NCBI RefSeq assembly: GCF_000155895.1 | Contig: NZ_DS995298.1 | Coordinates: forward strand, 360,001-392,000 | Origin: Candidatus Pelagibacter sp. HTCC7211 | GTDB lineage: Bacteria; Pseudomonadota; Alphaproteobacteria; Pelagibacterales; Pelagibacteraceae | Direction: 5' to 3' | Length of the DNA stretch: 32,000 bases | Shown: one piece after another, positions 25,737 to 32,000 of the stretch | Numbering within the stretch: the first letter of the stretch is position 1 | Layout of the letters: the number at the start of each line of letters is the position of its first letter | Notes under the pieces: generated by a model | What the model was told of the DNA's origin: nothing | Databases searched by the model: none | The model's input: the letters and a program-made list of their open reading frames with translations, nothing else | Translations under genes and position numbers: made by a program

Positions 25737-26240
25737 ATGAATATCATTATTTATACAGTGTTAATTTTGACTATTTTATATTTTTTCCTAAGATTTTTTG
25801 CCAGTATTAACTCAAAAAAAATATCTAAAAGCCTCAGAATATTACTTTTTATAGGATTAATTATTTTTGCAGTTTTATTTGCTATTGCAGGTAAATTTTT
25901 ATTAACTTTACCATTAACAATTGCAAGTTTAGCCTTGTTGAAATTAAAGGGTCTTTCTTTGTTTCAATTAATTTCATTATATAGATTGATACAAACTTTA
26001 AGAAATACTGGAAGATTTTCATTTAATAATAAAAATAGTTCTAACGTTTCTTCAATGACAACTTTAGAAGCTTATAAAATACTTAATTTAGAACCCTCAG
26101 AAAATTTAACTAAAGAAATGGTAAATAAAGCTTATGTCAATATACAAAAGAAAATTCATCCCGACATTTCACCTGAAACTGCAAGACTTTCAGCAATAGT
26201 CAATGAAGCAAAAGAAGTAGTTTTAAAAGATTTATCTTAA
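25737..26240 (+). CDS. Membrane-anchored J-domain protein (three N-terminal TM helices, C-terminal DnaJ domain with HPD)
   Basis: It has TM segments at the N-terminus and a C-terminal J domain: LEAYKILNLEPSENLTKEMVNKAYVNIQKKIHPD...ARLSAIVNEAKEVVL. An AAGGA Shine-Dalgarno lies 5 nt upstream. Confidence 0.8.
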   Translation: MNIIIYTVLILTILYFFLRFFASINSKKISKSLRILLFIGLIIFAVLFAIAGKFLLTLPLTIASLALLKLKGLSLFQLISLYRLIQTLRNTGRFSFNNKNSSNVSSMTTLEAYKILNLEPSENLTKEMVNKAYVNIQKKIHPDISPETARLSAIVNEAKEVVLKDLS

Positions 26241-26285
26241 ATTATTTAATCTTTACTAAATTTTTTTTTTAGACTAATTTTATTT

Positions 26286-27170
26286 ATGAGTAAGATTAAG
26301 GGTGTATATGCAGCTTCGATGTCAGTAATTAATAAAAATTTGACATTAAACGTTAAAGAAACAATTAACCATGCTGAAATGGTTATCGATCAAGGATGTC
26401 ATGGTGTGGCAGTTTTTGGTAGTACGGGGCAAGCTCAATTAATACCTGTTGCAGAAAAAATTAATTTATTAAATGAGCTATCCACAAGTAAGTATAGAGA
26501 AAAATATATAATTGGTACTGGCTTAAATTCGTTAGGTGAAACAATTAATTTAATGAATGTTGCTAAATCTTTAGATTTTAAAAGATTTTTAATTATGCCA
26601 CCAGCATATTATAAATATGATGATAATGATGTCATAAATTTTTATTCAAAAATAGTTGAGTCAATTCCTGAAAGCGAAATAATTCTATATAATTTTGAAA
26701 AATTATGTGGTTATAAATTTAGTATAGAATGTGTTGAAAAATTAGTTAAAAGATTTCCTGATCAAATTGTTGGAGTAAAAGATAGTTCTTATAATCTTTT
26801 TGAAAATTTAAAATTAGAAAATTTTTCAATTTTACCTGGCTCTGAGTCAAAATTATTAAAAGGTCTTGAATTAGGGTGTTCTGGAATTATAACTGCAACT
26901 TGTAATGCTACCGCTGAATTAGCAAGAAAAGTTTATGATGATTTTATTGCTCAAAATGAGCAAACTGATAATCAAAAATTATGCGACGTAAGAATTTCAT
27001 TTGAAAAATATAATTTAATTTCAGGACTTCATACTTACTTTGGTAAATATAACCAATCTTATTTGAATGTGTTGCCACCTCTAAATACTTTAAATTCCCA
27101 AGATGAAAATGAATTGATAAAGAGCTTAGAAAAATTTAATTTTTCAATTAAATCATTAATGGCAGCATAA
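26286..27170 (+). CDS. DapA/NanA-family class I aldolase (dihydrodipicolinate-synthase-like; substrate unknown)
   Basis: The family layout is present: GVAVFGSTGQAQ (GxTGE-type motif but with Q), ILYNFEK (Tyr motif) and VGVKDSS (Schiff-base Lys). Confidence 0.75.
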   Translation: MSKIKGVYAASMSVINKNLTLNVKETINHAEMVIDQGCHGVAVFGSTGQAQLIPVAEKINLLNELSTSKYREKYIIGTGLNSLGETINLMNVAKSLDFKRFLIMPPAYYKYDDNDVINFYSKIVESIPESEIILYNFEKLCGYKFSIECVEKLVKRFPDQIVGVKDSSYNLFENLKLENFSILPGSESKLLKGLELGCSGIITATCNATAELARKVYDDFIAQNEQTDNQKLCDVRISFEKYNLISGLHTYFGKYNQSYLNVLPPLNTLNSQDENELIKSLEKFNFSIKSLMAA

Positions 27171-27171
27171 A

Positions 27172-28362
27172 ATGCAATTAGCAAGATTCTTAAATAGTGT
27201 TTTTAAGAACGATGGTTTTATTTTAGTCGACGCAAATTCTAAAAATTATATTATAGGATCGCCAAAAAACAATAAACCAATCAAAGTTAAAATTTTAGAT
27301 AAAAAACTTCATTACAAACTATTATTACATCCGGATTTATATTTTGGAGAAGCCTATACAAATGGCGATATTATAATTGAAAATGGAAGTTTAAGTGAAT
27401 TCTTAGATTTGGCACTAATGAATTTTGGAAGGAATGAACTCAACTTTTTTAGTTATTTGATAAATAGATTAAGAGGTTCTTATAGATATTTAACCAATTT
27501 TAATTTCATTAAGAAATCTAAAATGAATGTTTCACATCATTATGATATTTCAGATGATCTTTACGATTTATTTTTAGATCCTAAGAGACAATATTCTTGT
27601 GCATATTTTAAAAAAGAAACAGATACACTTGAGGAAGCTCAGAATAATAAGATTCAACATATAATAAAAAAACTTAACATTAAAACTAATCAAAAAGTTT
27701 TAGATATTGGTTGTGGCTGGGGGTCTTTGGCAATTGATATTGCCAAAAGCGCTAACTGTGAGGTTACTGGAATCACATTGTCTGAAAATCAATTGAACTA
27801 TTGCAGGAAAAAAGCAAAAGAACTTAATTTAGAAAATCAGTTAAATTTTAAATTAATAGACTATAGAGAACTTAATGAAAAATTTGATAGAATTGTAAGC
27901 GTTGGAATGTTTGAGCATGTTGGCAGAAAGTTTTATAAAAAATTTTTTAAACAAATTGATAAATTACTTAATGAAGATGGAATATCCTTAATTCATACCA
28001 TAGGATCTGTTAATCCACCAAGAGACCCGCATCCATGGATCACCAAATATATATTTCCTGGTGGTTATACTCCAAGTTTGAGCGAGGTAACCACACCTAT
28101 TGAAAAAGCGGGGTTAATAGTAGCTGATATTGAAGTATTGAGACTTCATTATTCTCATACACTTAGACACTGGAAAGAAAATTGTATGAATAACAAAGAA
28201 AAAATTATTCAAATGTTTGATGAAAAATTTTTTAGAATGTGGGAATTTTATTTAGCAGGATGCGAGATGGCATTCAAATGGGGAGATCAGGTTGTATATC
28301 AATTTCAACTAACAAAAAATTATACATCAACTCCTGTCACAAGAGACTATATTTATCAATAA
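27172..28362 (+). CDS. cfa: Cyclopropane-fatty-acyl-phospholipid synthase family SAM-dependent methyltransferase
   Basis: HYDISDDLYDLFLDPKRQYSCAYF, the SAM motif VLDIGCGWGSLA, SVGMFEHVG, IFPGGYTPSL and WEFYLAGCEMAF all match the Cfa/mycolic-acid-MTase family. Confidence 0.88.
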   Translation: MQLARFLNSVFKNDGFILVDANSKNYIIGSPKNNKPIKVKILDKKLHYKLLLHPDLYFGEAYTNGDIIIENGSLSEFLDLALMNFGRNELNFFSYLINRLRGSYRYLTNFNFIKKSKMNVSHHYDISDDLYDLFLDPKRQYSCAYFKKETDTLEEAQNNKIQHIIKKLNIKTNQKVLDIGCGWGSLAIDIAKSANCEVTGITLSENQLNYCRKKAKELNLENQLNFKLIDYRELNEKFDRIVSVGMFEHVGRKFYKKFFKQIDKLLNEDGISLIHTIGSVNPPRDPHPWITKYIFPGGYTPSLSEVTTPIEKAGLIVADIEVLRLHYSHTLRHWKENCMNNKEKIIQMFDEKFFRMWEFYLAGCEMAFKWGDQVVYQFQLTKNYTSTPVTRDYIYQ

Positions 28363-28390
28363 TTTATTGATAGAACTAGCTTTCTTGAAA

Positions 28391-29563
28391 ATGAAAAAAA
28401 AGAAAAAAAAATCGAAAAAATTAAAAACATCAAAAAATCGAGTAAAGAACAAAACTAATAAAAAGATAAAATCAAAAAGTAGGAAAGTAAAAAAAATCAA
28501 ATCAAGATTAAAAAAAAATAATAAAAGATTAAAAAAAAAATCAACAAAACCTAAAGTTCCAAAAAAACAAAATTTCATTTTAAAAGTAATTAATTTCCAA
28601 AATTCTTTAAAACCTGAGATAAATTTTAAAATAAATTTTAGTTTTGAAAAATATATTCAAGCATTTTTCGATAAAATTGCATCAACGATTTTTCAGTATA
28701 AAATTCTCAAAAAAGACGAAGAGAGAAGATTAAAATTAGAAAAACAAGAAAGAGAGAGACAGGAAAAAATTGAAATTGCAAAAGAAAGGCAAAAAGAACA
28801 AGAATTAAAAGTTAAATTAAAAGAGCAAGCTTTAAAAGATGAGGTTAAATTAGAAAAGCAAAGAGCTAAGGACATAAAGTTATTTCTCAGAAAAGAGCAG
28901 GCTATATTAAGAATTGAACAAGCAGAAAAACAAAAACAATTTTTAAAACAATTAAGATTAGAAAAACAGATTGATAAATTTAGAGTAAGAGAAGTTAAAG
29001 AATTAGAAAAACTTGAGAAAATATCTCTAAAAGAAAAAAGAGACGACTATGCTGGTCTACAAAAAAGAATAGAACAATTAAAAGAAAAGTACCGAATAAT
29101 AAGAGATCAAAAGATAAGAGAAAGAGTAGAGGCTTTAGGTGTTAAAATTCAAGGTGATGAAGATAGAGAAACATTATTAAAAAAAGAAAAAGAATATACT
29201 TTAGCAAGACAAAAAATTGAATTTGCTCTTGAAAGTTTTTTTAGAAGTGCCAGTAGTTTAGTTTTTCAATTAAATAAAAGACACATTACAAGACATATGT
29301 CTATTTTTAGATGCATTGATAGAAGATTTGAAACAGGAGAGATTTTTGTAAAATGGGACGAGTCCGTTGATGATGAATGGTTATTATTAATTTATATAAA
29401 AAATAATTCACCTAATGAAGGAATAGTTATTGAGGATAAAACAAATCCAGAAAAAAATATTTCTCACGAATTTAAAAATAATGAAATTTTTAAGGCTTCA
29501 GACACAATGGTTGATTCTTTAACCCAATTAATTGCAAGAAAAAGAGCCAAAAATACCAATTAA
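28391..29563 (+). CDS. Hypothetical protein with a polylysine N-terminal tail, a long E/K-rich coiled coil and an unknown C-terminal domain
   Basis: A long ORF in a genome with little slack. The track start at 28367 is a TTG, and the first ATG is at 28391. There is no hydrophobic segment and I recognise no family. The antisense ORF 28327-28578 is a poly-Phe mirror artefact. Confidence 0.7.
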   Translation: MKKKKKKSKKLKTSKNRVKNKTNKKIKSKSRKVKKIKSRLKKNNKRLKKKSTKPKVPKKQNFILKVINFQNSLKPEINFKINFSFEKYIQAFFDKIASTIFQYKILKKDEERRLKLEKQERERQEKIEIAKERQKEQELKVKLKEQALKDEVKLEKQRAKDIKLFLRKEQAILRIEQAEKQKQFLKQLRLEKQIDKFRVREVKELEKLEKISLKEKRDDYAGLQKRIEQLKEKYRIIRDQKIRERVEALGVKIQGDEDRETLLKKEKEYTLARQKIEFALESFFRSASSLVFQLNKRHITRHMSIFRCIDRRFETGEIFVKWDESVDDEWLLLIYIKNNSPNEGIVIEDKTNPEKNISHEFKNNEIFKASDTMVDSLTQLIARKRAKNTN

Positions 29564-29594
29564 AATTTCATAATTAATTAAGTATTATTTTAAG

Positions 29595-29888
29595 ATGTTT
29601 TTTGGAACTCTAGTGATGGTAATTTTGTATTTAATACTTCAATACACTCTTGCATGGATAAGGTACTTTAATAATTTAGATACTAGACTTGGAGACTCAA
29701 CTTGGAGATGGAGTTATGATTACCAAGTAGTCGGCAAAAGAGATATTTCTGATTTAGATGATAAATCTTTTATTAGGTTAAGAAGAAAAAAAAATAAAAT
29801 AATTACATTTATGTATTCAATAGTAATGATTATGTTTATTGCTTCTATGTCTTTACTTAGTAAATTTATGTTATTTTTTATTAACTAG
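29595..29888 (+). CDS. Small hypothetical membrane protein (two TM helices)
   Basis: A 97-aa protein with hydrophobic N- and C-terminal helices flanking a charged W-rich loop (DSTWRWSYDYQVVGKRD). No family recognised. Confidence 0.5.
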   Translation: MFFGTLVMVILYLILQYTLAWIRYFNNLDTRLGDSTWRWSYDYQVVGKRDISDLDDKSFIRLRRKKNKIITFMYSIVMIMFIASMSLLSKFMLFFIN

Positions 29889-30232
29889 CTTTTAAGTTGA
29901 TGTTTATTTTTTAGATATAAAAAAAAAGCAATAATTTCATATCCATATTTAAATAAAGTAAAAATTATTGGAAGTTTAAAAAATTTATACAAAAATTTAT
30001 ATTTTGGAATTTTTTTCCACACAAAAAGAAAAGCTTCTGCACCTTCAATTATTTTTTCACCTTCTTTAACATGTAATCTTCTTAAAAGATCTTTATCATT
30101 TTTACGTGTTTCTTTTTCTGCAGTTAAATTATTAGTAATATCAACCCAATCAATTTCTTTAATATTTTCTTTCTTGTATAAATTAATTTCTGCCCTACAA
30201 ATTTTACAAGAATTATTGAAGTAAACTTTCAT
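29885..30232 (-). CDS. DCC-family thiol-disulfide oxidoreductase (DUF393)
   Basis: It has the N-terminal VYFNNSCKICRAEINLYKK (CxxC in the DCC context), is small, and has a hydrophobic C-terminus. Confidence 0.65.
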   Translation of the reverse strand: MKVYFNNSCKICRAEINLYKKENIKEIDWVDITNNLTAEKETRKNDKDLLRRLHVKEGEKIIEGAEAFLFVWKKIPKYKFLYKFFKLPIIFTLFKYGYEIIAFFLYLKNKHQLKS

Positions 30233-30318
30233 AATTTATTTAAGTAACTATAAAGATTATTTTGTACATGCGTAAAATCATCCATTGAAAATAATATTTA
30301 AATAACTATGTATTTACC

Positions 30319-31731
30319 ATGAGTAATTTTCTAGACAAATCAGATTTAAACAGAAAAGATGTAGATAATATTGTCTCTGATACACTTAAGAATTGTGATG
30401 ATGGCGAATTGTATTTAGAAGACACAAAATCAGAGTCAATTTTATTGGACGATAATAAAATTAAAAGTTCAAATTATAGTTCTGATTTAGGTTTTGGATT
30501 TAGGGCTATTTCAAATGAGGTGGTTGCGTACTCTCATTCCAATGAAATTTCAAAAGAGTCATTAAGAAATTCTTCACAAAATCTTAAATCAACTCTTAAG
30601 TCAAGCAAAGGAACTTATAATCATGAGATCCCAAAAACTAACAATAAATTTTATGAAGATATTAACCCAATAGAACAAAAATCACTGGACTCAAAACTTG
30701 AGGTTTTAAATAAAGTTAATGATTATTTACGTAAAAAAGACTCTTCAGTTAAACAGGTTACAGCAAGTTTTAGTGGAGAACAAAAATCAATTGAAATTAT
30801 ACGTTCAGGTGGTGAAGCTTTAACAGATGTTAGACCGTTAATAAGATTTAATGTTTCTGTGATGCTTGAAAAAAATGGAAGAAAAGAAACTGGCGTTTAT
30901 GGTATTGGCGGAAGACAATCTTATGATGAATATTTAAAAAATGATAATTGGAAAAATGTTTGTGAAGAAGCATTAAGAATTGCTTCAGTAAATTTGGATA
31001 GCAAACCAGCACCAGCAGGTGAAATGAAAGTAGTGTTAGGCCCTGGATGGCCAGCAATTTTAATTCATGAAGCCATAGGTCATGGCTTGGAAGGAGACTT
31101 TAATCGAAAAAAAACCTCAGCTTTTCATAATTTAATGGGTCAAAAGGTTGCAAGTGAGGGTGTTACTATTGTTGATGATGGAACTATTGGAAAAAGAAGA
31201 GGAAGTTTAACAATTGATGATGAAGGAACACCTACTGAAAAAACAGTATTAATTGAAAACGGAATTTTAAAAAATTTCATGCAAGATAGATTAAATGCAA
31301 GATTGATGAATACTAAATCTACTGGAAGTGGAAGAAGAGAAAATTATAAACATATCGTTCTACCAAGAATGAGAAATACCATGATGATGAGTGGTCAACA
31401 TACTCAAGATGAGATGATCAAATCAGTTGATAGGGGAATTTTTGCAGTAAGTTTTGGTGGAGGTCAGGTAGATATTACTTCTGGCAAATTTGTTTTTAAT
31501 TGCACTGAGGCATACGAGATTAATAATGGTAAAATTGGTTCACCAATTAAAGGTGCAACTTTGATCGGAGATGGTCCATCAATTTTAAAAGAAGTATCAA
31601 TGGTTGGAAATGATATGATGATGGATCCTGGTATTGGAACCTGTGGAAAAGCTGGCCAAGGTGTTCCAGTAGGAGTAGCGCAGCCATCAATTTTAATAGA
31701 TAAAATGACTGTCGGCGGAACCAAACTCTAG
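30319..31731 (+). CDS. tldD: Metalloprotease TldD
   Basis: A 470-aa protein with the HEAIGHGLEGD zinc motif and a conserved C-terminal glycine-rich region (GTCGKAGQGVPVG). Confidence 0.93.
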   Translation: MSNFLDKSDLNRKDVDNIVSDTLKNCDDGELYLEDTKSESILLDDNKIKSSNYSSDLGFGFRAISNEVVAYSHSNEISKESLRNSSQNLKSTLKSSKGTYNHEIPKTNNKFYEDINPIEQKSLDSKLEVLNKVNDYLRKKDSSVKQVTASFSGEQKSIEIIRSGGEALTDVRPLIRFNVSVMLEKNGRKETGVYGIGGRQSYDEYLKNDNWKNVCEEALRIASVNLDSKPAPAGEMKVVLGPGWPAILIHEAIGHGLEGDFNRKKTSAFHNLMGQKVASEGVTIVDDGTIGKRRGSLTIDDEGTPTEKTVLIENGILKNFMQDRLNARLMNTKSTGSGRRENYKHIVLPRMRNTMMMSGQHTQDEMIKSVDRGIFAVSFGGGQVDITSGKFVFNCTEAYEINNGKIGSPIKGATLIGDGPSILKEVSMVGNDMMMDPGIGTCGKAGQGVPVGVAQPSILIDKMTVGGTKL

Positions 31732-31734
31732 ATA

Positions 31735-32000
31735 ATGATTAAAGATCAAGAATATTTGAAGTCTAAAGCATCGTATTGCCTAGATTTAGCAAAAAAATTA
31801 GGCGCAACTGATGCAAGTGTAACTGTTGGAAATTCCATATCAGAGACTGTGAATTTTAGAAATAAGGCTTTAGATGAGTCTAATAGATCTGACAGTCTAG
31901 CTATAAGCATCCAAACATTTGTAGGTAAAAAAAAATCTTCAATATCTTCATCAAATTTATTAGATGAAAATTTAAAAACTTTGATTGAAAAATGTATTGA
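31735..32000 (+). CDS. pmbA: PmbA/TldE metalloprotease partner. N-terminal part only; it continues beyond the window end.
   Basis: Absent from the ORF track because it is truncated. The ATG at 31735 lies 3 nt after the tldD stop. The translation is MIKDQEYLKSKASYCLDLAKKLGATDASVTVGNSISETVNFRNKALDESNRSDSLAISIQTFVGKKKSSISSSNL..., which is the usual PmbA N-terminal pattern, and tldD-pmbA adjacency supports it. Confidence 0.8.
   Translation, partial: MIKDQEYLKSKASYCLDLAKKLGATDASVTVGNSISETVNFRNKALDESNRSDSLAISIQTFVGKKKSSISSSNLLDENLKTLIEKCI

Noticed and set aside
28327-28578. 83-aa poly-Phe ORF on the minus strand
   Set aside because: It is the reverse complement of the AAA-rich polylysine coding region (TTT = Phe) and is a mirror artefact.
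28391-29563. TolA, TonB or another envelope-spanning protein as the identity of the K/E-rich ORF
   Set aside because: Those proteins need an N-terminal TM anchor and, for TonB, Pro-rich spacers. This protein has no hydrophobic segment at all.
1-32000. Search for CRISPR arrays, transposases or IS ends, integrases, tRNA-linked islands, toxin-antitoxin pairs or defence systems
   Set aside because: I found no direct-repeat arrays, no recombinase-like ORFs and no tRNA genes. The composition looks uniform by eye apart from the locally GC-richer ahcY. Every ORF over 90 aa is either housekeeping or accounted for above. The window reads as core genome, not an accessory island.

Overview
The window is visibly AT-rich (roughly 30% GC by eye, not computed) and very gene-dense. 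My gene calls leave about 1.0 kb of 32 kb non-coding, so it is about 97% coding. I call 34 protein-coding genes, two of them truncated at the window edges and absent from the ORF track. I found no rRNA, tRNA, CRISPR array, transposase, integrase, prophage or recognisable defence genes.

The content is alphaproteobacterial housekeeping. It includes RegA/ActR, ChvI-ChvG, ahcY, tsaE, polA, gpmA, msrA, sseA, an RND pump, tandem DUF1330 genes, purine salvage, ibpA, ptrB, cfa and tldD-pmbA. The composition, tight packing and gene set fit a streamlined marine alphaproteobacterium of the SAR11/Pelagibacterales type. That assignment is inference; no search was run.

I do not see a clear-cut novel multi-gene system. 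This looks like core genome rather than an accessory island. The items most worth a second look are:
- an orphan 390-aa protein with a polylysine head, a coiled coil and an unknown C-terminal domain, whose 5' coding region is full of A8-A10 tracts (28391-29563);
- a sigma32-type promoter plus a ROSE-like SD-masking hairpin upstream of ibpA;
- a tightly packed msrA-sseA-MFP-RND gene string with no outer-membrane factor;
- a translationally coupled ornithine-decarboxylase and deoxyhypusine-synthase-like polyamine pair;
- a collapsed chvI-chvG-ahcY-tsaE synteny block;
- genome-architecture oddities: 5 of 7 convergent gene junctions overlap, and one head-to-head gene pair has start codons only 15 nt apart.
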